Assembly (NCBI GenBank): GCA_965217585.1
Contig: OZ244561.1
Coordinates: forward strand, 320,001-384,000
DNA: 64,000 nucleotides
Direction: 5' to 3'
Source of the DNA: Candidatus Latescibacterota bacterium
GTDB lineage: Bacteria; Latescibacterota; UBA2968; UBA8231
Notes under the pieces: generated by a model
The model's input: the letters and a program-made list of their open reading frames with translations, nothing else
The model's database searches: none
What the model was told of the DNA's origin: nothing
Program-made: the position numbers and the translations under genes
Shown here: positions 10,284 through 19,229 of the stretch, piece after piece
Layout of the letters: every line of letters starts with the position of its first letter
How positions within the stretch are numbered: position 1 is the first letter of the stretch

Positions 10284-10692
10284 ATGTCGAATACCGAAGC
10301 TGAAAAATCCCTATCACACGCAAAGCAACATCTAGAACGCGTCCTTGCGGCATGGGAGGATCCCACTGATTGGGCGGACCTCATAATCTATGGGTTTTAC
10401 TGTCTCGAAGCCTCTGTTGTTGCAGCAGCATTACATATAGGTCTAGAATTCAAAAAAAACCCATGCAGAGAAAGCCGAAATAGCGCGTAAACTCTCTCGC
10501 TCTCACAGCCTGCCCGATGTTGGCGATTTTCTTCGAGTTCTCAATGATGCTCGCAAGGCTATGGCCTATGGAGATGTAGGTTTTCCAGTATTGAATGCAG
10601 AGGATGTGGCCATTAAAATTGAGGAATATGTGGAAGCAGTCTCTGCGTTATTGGGAGATGAACCAAATGAGCAATCATCTGATGAACAATAG
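10284..10692 (+). pseudogene. HEPN-like protein, frameshifted in an A8 run
   Basis: With A7 instead of A8 at 10452..10459 the ORF continues ...FKKTHAEKAEIARKL...LNDARKAMAYGD...EQ*; Rx4Y motif; adjacent to a nucleotidyltransferase. Confidence 0.7.
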
Positions 10693-11353
10693 GCCCGAGA
10701 ACGTGGATTCATCTCACGTCCTCGAAACGATCGATAAATGGCCCAGTACTCGTGCAAAAGAATGGGTCGAAAATTTTGTACAAACATCGCGTCAGCAATC
10801 CGACATCTGGACAATTGTGATTTTCGGTTCCATCATTCGTCCGCAAGTCAGATATAGTGTTGATGTTGACTTACTGGTCATTTATGAGAGCGAAAGACCG
10901 AATTTTGTACTCCCACCTCTTGATGTCGATATTCGGTCGTATCGTCAAGAGGATATAGAATCTCTTATTTCAGAAGGGCATGAACTTCTTTGCTGGACGA
11001 TTCGTTTGGGGAAGATCCTCTATGAAAAAGATAAATATTGGACAACCTTATGTAATAAATGGAAAGATCACCTGCCCTTTCCCTCTGCAAAAACAGCGGA
11101 TAAACGTGCGAAAAGAGCGAAGCGGCTTTTTGAGGATCTTAAAGTGATTGGTGACGAAGATGCTGCTCAGGAACAATACATTACGATGTTGACACAAATT
11201 GGCCGTGCATATTTAATCAGATCAGATACTTATCCCGCATCCCGCCCTGAATTACCAGATCAATTAAAATCTGTTGGAGAACACGAGCTTGCCTCTCAAT
11301 TGGAAAAAGCATTGCAGACGCGTCTTGAGTGGATGGAGACGCAAGCAATTTAG
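10667..11353 (+). CDS. Nucleotidyltransferase-domain protein with helical C-terminal extension
   Basis: IVIFGSIIR...VDVDLLVIY motif; GGAG upstream of ATG 10667. Confidence 0.8.
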   Translation: MSNHLMNNRPENVDSSHVLETIDKWPSTRAKEWVENFVQTSRQQSDIWTIVIFGSIIRPQVRYSVDVDLLVIYESERPNFVLPPLDVDIRSYRQEDIESLISEGHELLCWTIRLGKILYEKDKYWTTLCNKWKDHLPFPSAKTADKRAKRAKRLFEDLKVIGDEDAAQEQYITMLTQIGRAYLIRSDTYPASRPELPDQLKSVGEHELASQLEKALQTRLEWMETQAI

Positions 11354-11487
11354 CTGAACCTTGGCCATTCTGCGCCGATAAATCATTGGACGCATCGACT
11401 CGTGGAATGACAATGGCCGCTCAGTGTGTAAGATCGACGCGAGAAGCCGTGTTCCCGCGAACAATTCAGAGCCAAAGCTCCTCTTCC

Positions 11488-14400
11488 ATGAGCAACCAAA
11501 CCAACGAACAAGCCTTTGAAGCCCAAGTCGAGGCGACGCTCCTCGGGCCGGGCGGCTGGCATTGCGGCACCACCGCCGCGTGGGATGTCGAGCGCGCCCT
11601 CTTCCCTACTCAGGTCTGTACTTTCCTCGCCGAAACCCAGCCGACGCTGTGGGAACAGATGCGTGCCCTACACGGCGCTGGGCTTGAAGACCTGCTGATA
11701 GACGCGCTAGTCAAAGAACTCGACATCAAAGGCGCGCTGCACGTGCTGCGCCACGGCTTCAAGTTCTACGGCAAGACCTTCCGGCTAGCGTATTTCAAGC
11801 CTGCCCACGCGCTCAACGACGAAGTGCTGGCACTGTACGCGCAAAACAAGCTAACGGTCACGCGGCAAGTTCCCTGCCATCCCAATAAGCGCGATACAGT
11901 CGATCTGTTGTTCGCACTAAACGGGCTGCCCGTGGCGACCTGCGAACTGAAAAATCCCGGCACCGGCCAAAGCTGGCGGCAAGCCGTGCGGCAATACCAG
12001 GAAGACCGCGACCCACGCGCGCCGCTATTCAGTTTCAAGACGCGGGCATTAGTGCATTTCGCCGCCGATCCGGACGAAGTACACATGAGCACGCGCCTTA
12101 ACGGTGAAGACACGCGCTTCCTCCCCTTCAACCGAGGCAGCCACCCAGGCGAAGTACAATGCGGCGCAGGCAACCCGCAGCACACCTCGGGCTACCGCAC
12201 CGGCTATTTCTGGCAAGAAGTGCTGGAGCGCGACAGTTTCCTCGACATCCTCGGCCACTTCATGTTCGTCGAGAAGAAAGAAGAAAAGAGCGAAGACGAC
12301 CAAGGCAGTGCTCGGCGCATCGTCCACGAGACCATGATTTTCCCCCGCTATCACCAGCTCGACTCCGTACGGCAGCTAGTCGCCGCAGCGCGAGCAGACG
12401 GGGCCGGCCAGAATTATTTGGTGCAGCATTCGGCGGGCAGCGGCAAGACCAACAGTATCTCTTGGCTTTCACACCGCCTCGCCAGCTTGCACGACGACGA
12501 GGACCGCAAAGTCTTCGACTGCGTCGTCGTCATCACCGACCGCCGCGTGTTAGACCAGCAACTCCAAGACGCAATTTACCAGATCGAACACGCCCAAGGC
12601 GTAGTCAAGGCGATTGACCAAGACAGCCAGCAACTCGCCAGCGCCCTAATCGACGGCACCAAAATCGTCGTCACCACGCTCCAGAAATTCCCGTTCGTAT
12701 TGCGCGGGTTACTGCGCACCGCTGGGGCCGAGTCGCAGGAGGCCGCCACCGCCGAGGAGCGAGCGCAGGCTAAGGCTTGGGAAGCGGAAATCGGCAAGCG
12801 CCGGTATGCGGTGATTGTAGATGAGGCGCACTCCAGCCAGACCGGAGAGAGCGCACGGGAGCTCAAGGAGATTTTGGGCACAGGCACGGATGCCGAAGGC
12901 GAGCAGGACTGGGAAGACCGCCTAAACCAAGTGATGGCTTCGAGAGGCCGTCAGCCGAACTTGTCGTTTTTCGCCTTCACAGCCACCCCCAAAGGCAAGA
13001 CGCTAGAGCTGTTTGGCCGCCCCGGTGCCCGAGGTGTACCCGAAGCGTTCCACCTGTACAGCATGAGGCAGGCCATTGAGGAAGGCTTCATCCTCGACGT
13101 GCTCTCGAACTACACGACCTACAACGTCTATTACCGGCTGCTCAAAAACGCGGAGGACGACCCGAACCTGCCAAAGAAGAAGGCGGCCCGCGCTCTAGCG
13201 AAGTTCGCAAGCTTTCACCCTCATAACATCGAGCAGAAGACCGAGGTAATCGTCGAGCACTTCCGCAATAAGGTGCGGCATCGGCTAGATGGTCGCGCCA
13301 AGGCCATGGTAGTCACTGCATCGCGGCTACACGCCGTACGCTACAAACTCTCCTTCGAGCGCTACATAGAGGAGAAAGGCTATGCGGACATCCGTCCGCT
13401 CGTCGCCTTCAGCGGCACCGTACGCGACCCCGATACCGGCCTTGAATACACGGAGCCGGGCATGAACGTGGATGTCGTCACCGGCAAGCCCATCAGCGAA
13501 GCGGCGCTGCCCGACCGCTTCGACTCACCCTCCTACCAAGTGCTGCTAGTTGCGAACAAGTACCAGACGGGCTTTGATCAGCCGCGCCTATGCGCGATGT
13601 ACGTGGACAAGCGGCTCGACGGGGTACAGGCCGTGCAGACGCTCTCGCGGCTCAACCGCACGGCTCCGGGTAAGGACGCTCCGTTCGTGCTCGATTTCGT
13701 CAACAATGCCGAAGACATCTTGAATGCCTTCAAGCCGTATTACGACAAGACCGAGGTAGTAGAGGCGTCTGACCCTTCGAGGCTAGAGGCCCTAAAACAC
13801 GAACTCGACCAAGCACAGGTCTACTACTGGAGTGAGGTCGAGAAGTTCGCCGGGGTGTTCTACAAAGCCCCCGAGGACCAAAGGCCTAGCGATCACGCCG
13901 ACATGCAAAAGTGCCTCCAGCCAGCCATAACTCGCTTCACCGCAATCGAGCAAGACGACGCCCGCGACCAGTTCCGCGACAAACTCTCCGGCTACGTAGG
14001 ACTATACGCTTACTTGAGTCAGATCGTCCCCTACGGCGACCCAGACCAAGAAATGCTTTACAGCTATGGGCACTTTCTACTACCGCACCTGCCTCTCGAC
14101 CGCGACGACGCAGTTGTCAAGCTAGGCAGCGAAGTCGCTCTCCAGTACTACCGACTGGAGCGCGTTTCCTCGGGGCCGATACATGTGGCGGAAGGCGATC
14201 CTCAGTACGTCAGACCCCCGACCGAGGTCGGCACTGGCCGGGCACAGGACCCCAAGGCTCCCCTGTCGGAGATCATCGAGGTGCTGAACGAACGCTTCGG
14301 GACGCAGTTTGATGAAGTGGATCGGCTCTTTTTTCAGCAGATCAAGGAAAAAGCCTGCAACGACGAAACCGTAGTAGAGACGGCGCGCGCCAATCCGCGT

Positions 14401-14589
14401 GACCGGTTCGAGTTGGGAATCAAGAGCCGCCTCGACGAATTAATGATCGAGCGCATGAGCGAGAACGACCAGATCGCGGAGCGCTACCTGTCGGACGAAA
14501 CGTTTCGGAGTTTGGCCCTGCCCATCCTCGCGCAGGCCATATTCGAGGACCTACAGACGAAAGATGCGGATACACCCGCGCCGAAATAA
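11488..14589 (+). CDS. hsdR: Type I restriction endonuclease subunit R
   Basis: Nuclease motif DLLFALNGLPVATCELKN, Walker A HSAGSGKT, DEAH box, FTATP, YQTGFDQP, QTLSRLNR; start reassigned to MSNQTNEQAFE. Confidence 0.95.
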   Translation: MSNQTNEQAFEAQVEATLLGPGGWHCGTTAAWDVERALFPTQVCTFLAETQPTLWEQMRALHGAGLEDLLIDALVKELDIKGALHVLRHGFKFYGKTFRLAYFKPAHALNDEVLALYAQNKLTVTRQVPCHPNKRDTVDLLFALNGLPVATCELKNPGTGQSWRQAVRQYQEDRDPRAPLFSFKTRALVHFAADPDEVHMSTRLNGEDTRFLPFNRGSHPGEVQCGAGNPQHTSGYRTGYFWQEVLERDSFLDILGHFMFVEKKEEKSEDDQGSARRIVHETMIFPRYHQLDSVRQLVAAARADGAGQNYLVQHSAGSGKTNSISWLSHRLASLHDDEDRKVFDCVVVITDRRVLDQQLQDAIYQIEHAQGVVKAIDQDSQQLASALIDGTKIVVTTLQKFPFVLRGLLRTAGAESQEAATAEERAQAKAWEAEIGKRRYAVIVDEAHSSQTGESARELKEILGTGTDAEGEQDWEDRLNQVMASRGRQPNLSFFAFTATPKGKTLELFGRPGARGVPEAFHLYSMRQAIEEGFILDVLSNYTTYNVYYRLLKNAEDDPNLPKKKAARALAKFASFHPHNIEQKTEVIVEHFRNKVRHRLDGRAKAMVVTASRLHAVRYKLSFERYIEEKGYADIRPLVAFSGTVRDPDTGLEYTEPGMNVDVVTGKPISEAALPDRFDSPSYQVLLVANKYQTGFDQPRLCAMYVDKRLDGVQAVQTLSRLNRTAPGKDAPFVLDFVNNAEDILNAFKPYYDKTEVVEASDPSRLEALKHELDQAQVYYWSEVEKFAGVFYKAPEDQRPSDHADMQKCLQPAITRFTAIEQDDARDQFRDKLSGYVGLYAYLSQIVPYGDPDQEMLYSYGHFLLPHLPLDRDDAVVKLGSEVALQYYRLERVSSGPIHVAEGDPQYVRPPTEVGTGRAQDPKAPLSEIIEVLNERFGTQFDEVDRLFFQQIKEKACNDETVVETARANPRDRFELGIKSRLDELMIERMSENDQIAERYLSDETFRSLALPILAQAIFEDLQTKDADTPAPK

Positions 14590-14618
14590 TTATTATTTTA
14601 CAGGCTCGCAAGCTGGAA

Positions 14619-14659
14619 ACCGCCCTCATTCCACGGCCGTAATCGACAAAATCGACGTA
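14619..14659 (+). pseudogene. hsdS: Second degenerate hsdS 3'-end remnant
   Basis: acc gcc ctc att .. acg gcc gta atc gac aaa atc gac gta = TALI-TAVIDKIDV, versus consensus ALITAAVTGKIDV; preceded by ttattttacaggctcg, similar to ttatatttataggctcg before the first remnant. Confidence 0.6.
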
Positions 14660-14772
14660 TTGGCAGAAAGCAAATTTATCGTCCGTGCAAGAGACCACTC
14701 CGGCTTTGTGCTCAATTTTGGCCCTATCCGACAGGCTACGCGCTAGTTCTTTCATATCGACGAGAGGACGAC

Positions 14773-16581
14773 ATGAGACTGCTACATTACCTAGAGCTAC
14801 AAAACTTCAAGCGCTTTGGCGACAGACAGCGCATTGAGTTGGATCATCCGTCCGTGCTCATCGGCCCAAACAACTGCGGCAAAACGACGGCCATACAGGC
14901 CATCGCACTCTGGTCACAAGCCGTCAAAACTTGGTTGGAAAACAAAGGCACAGCACCGCCCAAAGAGCGGACATCAACATCAATCAACCGGCTCAATATC
15001 GTCTCGGTGCCCGTGCAGCGTACGCGCTACTTCTGGCACAACATGGCCGTTCGCACCGGCAACCACGACATCTACTTTCATATCACCCTAGGCGTCTTAC
15101 ACGAGCACAAAGTCGAGCCTGTCACCATGCGCTTCCGTAATCAGGGCAACGAATTGGTCTATTGCACACCCGACGAATCAACGCTCAAAAGGCCAGAACT
15201 CATCGAAACAGCCGCCGAATTCAATGTCAAGTTGCTATACCCCATGTCGGGTCTCGATACTGAAGAAGCCGTTTTACAGCCCGGACGAATAGACGTATTG
15301 CTCGGCCAGGGGCAAACGGCGCAAGTGCTCCGTAACCTTTGCTTGACTGTATTCCAAAACGCGCCCAAAGATTGGGAAAAGATCGTTGATCTGATGAAGC
15401 GTTTGTTTACAGTTGATCTTGAAAATCCGAAAGAGACTACACGCGGCAGCATTGATCTGTTCTATCGGCAATCTCATGTCAAGGATCGGTTAGATGTGTC
15501 ACTTGCTGGACGTGGACTTCAGCAGATGCTCCTAATCGTCGCCTACCTGTATTCTGATCAGCGCAACGTCCTTCTAATCGACGAGCCAGACGCCCACCTC
15601 GAAATCCTGCGCCAAAAACAGATCTACGTATTGTTGCGCGAAATCGCCACCGAGAGAGAGTCGCAAATCATACTCGCTACGCATTCTGAGGTAGTCTTAG
15701 AGGAAGCGCGCGATCACAACCTCACACTGCTGTTGCAGGGACGGGCCGACGACCTCGCGGCAAAGAAGGACATCCTCAATACACTCAAACACTACGGGAC
15801 CGAACATTACATCCGGGCACAGCAGCGGGGCTACGTGCTCTACGTGGAGGGAAGCACAGATATCGATATCCTACGGGCGTTAGCAAAACAACTGAATCAC
15901 AAGGCAGAAAGCGTTTGGGACGAGCGCGCCAACGCATTCTACGTAAAAAACACCTTCCCGAGGGCCAGCTTGAACTCAGAACTCGAGCGCGTGGAAGGTG
16001 GCTTCGACGCAATGCCGGAGCAACATTTCTTCGCGCTGCGGCCTATGGTGCCTCACCTAAGAGGATTGGCGATCCTCGATAACGACGGCCGAGAGCGGAA
16101 GGACTCGGATGAAGGAGGACTTCAGATCGCCTACTGGCGTCGCTATGAAGCGGAGAACTATTTTATCACGCCAGACGTGTTGCGAAACTACGTTGCGGAA
16201 CAATACCAAGATCTAACGCTCTTTGACGGGTTTCAGAGACAGACCAACGAAGTCCTAGACGAATTGATCCAAGACCGTGTTTTTGACGGTAGCCAGAGTG
16301 ATTTCACTACATGGCGCGATACAAACGAGGACGCGAAACGGCTCTTGTGGGAAACACGAACCGAGCGATTGAAGCTGAGCGACTTTGCCGAAGAATTCTT
16401 TCGACGTCTCGCAGAGAAGCTCAGACACGCTATGCTGCTCAGGAAAGGCGAACTCCATCACCTTATCCACTTCGCTGATCCCGCCACGATCCCCAAAGAG
16501 GTGAGCGAAAAACTCGACTTGCTGCAAAAACTCTTTGAGCAAGCTAACCGAGGTGAGGAAGAGTCGGGAGAGCCTGAATGA
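14773..16581 (+). CDS. OLD-like ATP-dependent nuclease (ABC-type ATPase + TOPRIM)
   Basis: GPNNCGKT, AGRG signature, IDEPDAHL, ATHS, VEGSTD, LDNDG, EAENY. Confidence 0.85.
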   Translation: MRLLHYLELQNFKRFGDRQRIELDHPSVLIGPNNCGKTTAIQAIALWSQAVKTWLENKGTAPPKERTSTSINRLNIVSVPVQRTRYFWHNMAVRTGNHDIYFHITLGVLHEHKVEPVTMRFRNQGNELVYCTPDESTLKRPELIETAAEFNVKLLYPMSGLDTEEAVLQPGRIDVLLGQGQTAQVLRNLCLTVFQNAPKDWEKIVDLMKRLFTVDLENPKETTRGSIDLFYRQSHVKDRLDVSLAGRGLQQMLLIVAYLYSDQRNVLLIDEPDAHLEILRQKQIYVLLREIATERESQIILATHSEVVLEEARDHNLTLLLQGRADDLAAKKDILNTLKHYGTEHYIRAQQRGYVLYVEGSTDIDILRALAKQLNHKAESVWDERANAFYVKNTFPRASLNSELERVEGGFDAMPEQHFFALRPMVPHLRGLAILDNDGRERKDSDEGGLQIAYWRRYEAENYFITPDVLRNYVAEQYQDLTLFDGFQRQTNEVLDELIQDRVFDGSQSDFTTWRDTNEDAKRLLWETRTERLKLSDFAEEFFRRLAEKLRHAMLLRKGELHHLIHFADPATIPKEVSEKLDLLQKLFEQANRGEEESGEPE

Positions 16582-16847
16582 AGATTACACTCACGCCTGA
16601 TATGGAGCGCACGTTGATCAAGCAGGCTCGCAAGTTGGGTATTACTCCTGAACAGCTCGTCGTGGATAGCTTGAAGGAGCGTCTCGCGTCGGCATCGGCC
16701 GTGCCAGAGTCACAAGGAACGCTGGCAGATTTTCTCCATGAGCATATCGGCGTTTTAGATAGCCGCGAATACATCCCCGGCGGTGCGCGTATGTCGGAAG
16801 ATAGTGGCAAGAAATTCGCCGCGGGATTGCTCAAACAACATCGATAG
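16578..16847 (+). CDS. Small antitoxin-like DNA-binding protein, no cognate toxin downstream
   Basis: 89 aa, MKITLTPDMERTLIKQARKLGITPEQL (ribbon-helix-helix-like N-terminus); coupled to the upstream gene. Confidence 0.5.
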   Translation: MKITLTPDMERTLIKQARKLGITPEQLVVDSLKERLASASAVPESQGTLADFLHEHIGVLDSREYIPGGARMSEDSGKKFAAGLLKQHR

Positions 16848-16855
16848 AGCACGGG

Positions 16856-17116
16856 ATGAAAAAACACCATCAAATAACCGGATTGCACTTTGACGGGGAT
16901 TGCATGGTTTTGACTATCGATGGTCAAGAAAAAACCTTTCGCGTGAGCGAAATATCCCCTGCGCTGCAAAATGCGTCCGACGAAAAAAAGAACCTCTTTG
17001 AAATCTCTCCTTCGGGCTACGGTATCCACTGGCCACTACTCGACGAAGATCTGTCCATTGACGGATTGCTCGGCGTCGTTCACAGGCCTGAAAAGAAAAA
17101 AGCTCCTCTCCTATGA
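16856..17116 (+). CDS. DUF2442 family protein (copy 2)
   Basis: GYGIHWPLLDEDLSIDGLL; near-duplicate of 8323..8580. Confidence 0.85.
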   Translation: MKKHHQITGLHFDGDCMVLTIDGQEKTFRVSEISPALQNASDEKKNLFEISPSGYGIHWPLLDEDLSIDGLLGVVHRPEKKKAPLL

Positions 17117-17170
17117 GCGAGCAGACCAACGAACAAGCCTTTGAAGCCTAAATCGAGGCGACGCTCCTCG
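17113..17170 (+). pseudogene. hsdR: 5' stub of hsdR
   Basis: 53/58 nt identical to 11488..11545, with a CAA-to-TAA stop; ATG overlaps the DUF2442 stop. Confidence 0.9.
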
Positions 17171-17722
17171 CTAGAAAATCTCGTTTAAGCCAACGGAGAA
17201 ACCTGTGAGCGTGGACGAGGTCATCGCTTGCCCCTCGCCGTAGATGGCCTCCACCTCGAAGGCACCCTCGCCGAGCCGCAGCACCGTCACCGTCCGGGCG
17301 TCTGAATCGACTAGCCAGTATTCCTTCACGCCATACTTGGCGTACAGGGCGCGTTTGAGCGTCCGATCCCGCCCGGCAGTGGAGGGGGACAGGATTTCGA
17401 CGACCAAATCCGGTGCACCGAGGACATTCGCGCCGCCGAGCAGCAGGTGCGCTCGCTCATTGGAGACGAACAATAGGTCCGGCTGTACCACATCCGTATT
17501 CGACAGCACCACGTCGCAGGGCGCGTGGAAGACCTCGCCTAAACCCCTCTCCTGTACGAAACCATGGAGCAACGCTCCTAGCCGGATGCCAATTCTCTGG
17601 TGCTCTAGGTTGGGCGCGGGAGCCATAATCAACTCTCCGTCCAATAACTCGTAGCGCTTGTCCTCCGGGGTATGTTGGTAGTCCTCATAGGTGAACTTGA
17701 CGGCTGGGTTGGGGCTGAGCAT
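17171..17722 (-). CDS. Uma2 family endonuclease
   Basis: RYELLDGEL, VVQPDLLFV, APDLVVEILSPST, YGVKEYWLVD; start ATG 17722 after GGAGG. Confidence 0.93.
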   Translation of the reverse strand: MLSPNPAVKFTYEDYQHTPEDKRYELLDGELIMAPAPNLEHQRIGIRLGALLHGFVQERGLGEVFHAPCDVVLSNTDVVQPDLLFVSNERAHLLLGGANVLGAPDLVVEILSPSTAGRDRTLKRALYAKYGVKEYWLVDSDARTVTVLRLGEGAFEVEAIYGEGQAMTSSTLTGFSVGLNEIF

Positions 17723-17838
17723 ATCGCCCTCCTCTCGTCGCTGGATGTGCGGTTTACGGACGCCTAAATGCCGGTCAACCAACTACCAATAATCTAACCA
17801 CCTCCGCCCTACTCGGCGGGCCGTTGCATAAGGGCCAT

Positions 17839-18381
17839 TCACTGTATCAATCGGTCGACTTGAGCCAAAATTTCATCGGGCGTCGGCCGGTCGTCTTTGT
17901 CTTCCCCTACGTATTTCCATTCGATGTGGCCCTCAGGCGAGACAATGAAGGTGGACGGCGTCGCGACGTCGTCATTCAGAAGGTTGTAAACTCCGTAGTC
18001 CTTGGCTACCTCGGCGTCCTTGTCTGACAGAATGACGAACTCAGCGCCGGTGAGCTCCACCATTTGCAGCGCGTCGGCCATCTCATCAGTGCTGATCGCC
18101 GCAAGCGACACGTTGCGCTTTAGAAACTCGGGATACACATCTGCCAACTCACCTAGTTGGCTCTTGCAGGCACCTCAGAAGAATCCTCTGTAGAACAGCA
18201 GTACCGCCGCCGCGCGGTTGTCGAGTAAGTCGGACAGGGAAACAGAAGTCCCATCCACCGCAGGTAAGGTGAATGCAGGCGCAGACGCTTGATCGTCCGA
18301 GGAGACCGCATTGGAGCTGCAGCCGGCGAGGGCGATGAGGGTCGCGATTGCTAAAGGCAGAAACACTGCGATATGGTGCAT
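17839..18381 (-). CDS. AhpC/TSA-like thioredoxin-fold lipoprotein, selenoprotein (UxxC)
   Basis: ORFs 18175..18381 and 17839..18147 are in frame across one TGA (18175..18177): LFYRGFF-U-GAC-KSQL; lipobox LAGC; APAFTL and PSTFIV motifs. Confidence 0.88.
18143..18161 (-). promoter_or_regulatory. Putative bacterial SECIS hairpin
   Basis: GCCAACU-AGGUG-AGUUGGC, perfect 7-bp stem with a G-containing loop starting 20 nt after the UGA. Confidence 0.7.
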
Positions 18382-18402
18382 TTTCTTTCTCCTTAAAAGA
18401 AC

Positions 18403-19218
18403 CTACTCGGCGAGCCGACCAATCGGTTTGCGCGGGCCGACCAAAATCATCCGGCCCCACGTGTTGTCGTCGTCGCCATTGCCGTAGATCATGAAGTGGC
18501 CGCCGTACGCGCCGCCGTCCGGGTCGGTGTGGACGATTTCCATGCTGTATTCGTCCCCCACTTGCGGCGGCTGCCAGCGGGGGTCGCTCTGGCCAAACGT
18601 CGGAACCATCTCGACGCGGGCCTCCAAGATGAAATCGGCCGCGCTCCGGCCCCAAGGATCCATGCGCACGACGTAGTTACAAGCGGCCTCGGGGATCGGC
18701 TCTTCAATGTAGCTCTGGCCGGGCGCACCGTGCCGCCACCAAGCGTTTTGTGGGGTGCGCTGCGGGTCGGCGACAAAACAGAAGGCGTTGTCGCCTTGGC
18801 CGAAGCGCTCGTTGGCCCGGTCGCGCGGGCCTTCCATAAACCAGCAAATCGCATCCTTGAAATACCAGCGCTTGTCCGCCGGGTCGGGGTCGTCGAGGTC
18901 GTTGACATTGTCCCAGACCTCGGCCCCAAAGTAGAAGTTTTGCGCGTCCCAAGCAATGTAGTAGCGAGCGCTCAAGTCGTCTTCGAGGTGCGGCTCATTG
19001 CCGTGGTCGGTGAGGCGATTGCGCGCGCCGCGATCGAGGCGGTAGAAGCCAGCCTCGCTGATACGGCGCATATCCCAGACGCCGTCGTTGTGGGCGCGGT
19101 CCTTCCACTCGGCAAGGTCGCCGTCAATGGTCGGGGCCGCCTCCAACAAGGGGGCGTTGATGTTCATGTCCGCGCACGCGGCAGAGGCGGCGAGCAAAAT
19201 CGCGCACAAGGGCAGCAT
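18403..19218 (-). CDS. Secreted CBM9/DOMON-like sugar-binding domain protein
   Basis: Signal peptide MLPLCAILLAASAACA, PTIDGDLAEW, AWDAQNFYFGAEVWD; ATG 19218 after AGGAGA. Confidence 0.65.
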   Translation of the reverse strand: MLPLCAILLAASAACADMNINAPLLEAAPTIDGDLAEWKDRAHNDGVWDMRRISEAGFYRLDRGARNRLTDHGNEPHLEDDLSARYYIAWDAQNFYFGAEVWDNVNDLDDPDPADKRWYFKDAICWFMEGPRDRANERFGQGDNAFCFVADPQRTPQNAWWRHGAPGQSYIEEPIPEAACNYVVRMDPWGRSAADFILEARVEMVPTFGQSDPRWQPPQVGDEYSMEIVHTDPDGGAYGGHFMIYGNGDDDNTWGRMILVGPRKPIGRLAE

Positions 19219-19229
19219 GGATGTTCTCC

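Noticed and set aside
11329-11487. 53-aa N-terminal extension of HsdR and a possible third hsdS remnant (aagatcgacgcgaga, KIDAR)
   Set aside because: The stub at 17113 marks ATG 11488 as the real start; the KIDAR match is too short to support on its own
5350-16581. Gabija or retron assignment for the OLD-like nucleases
   Set aside because: No UvrD-like GajB helicase and no reverse transcriptase or msr-msd adjacent
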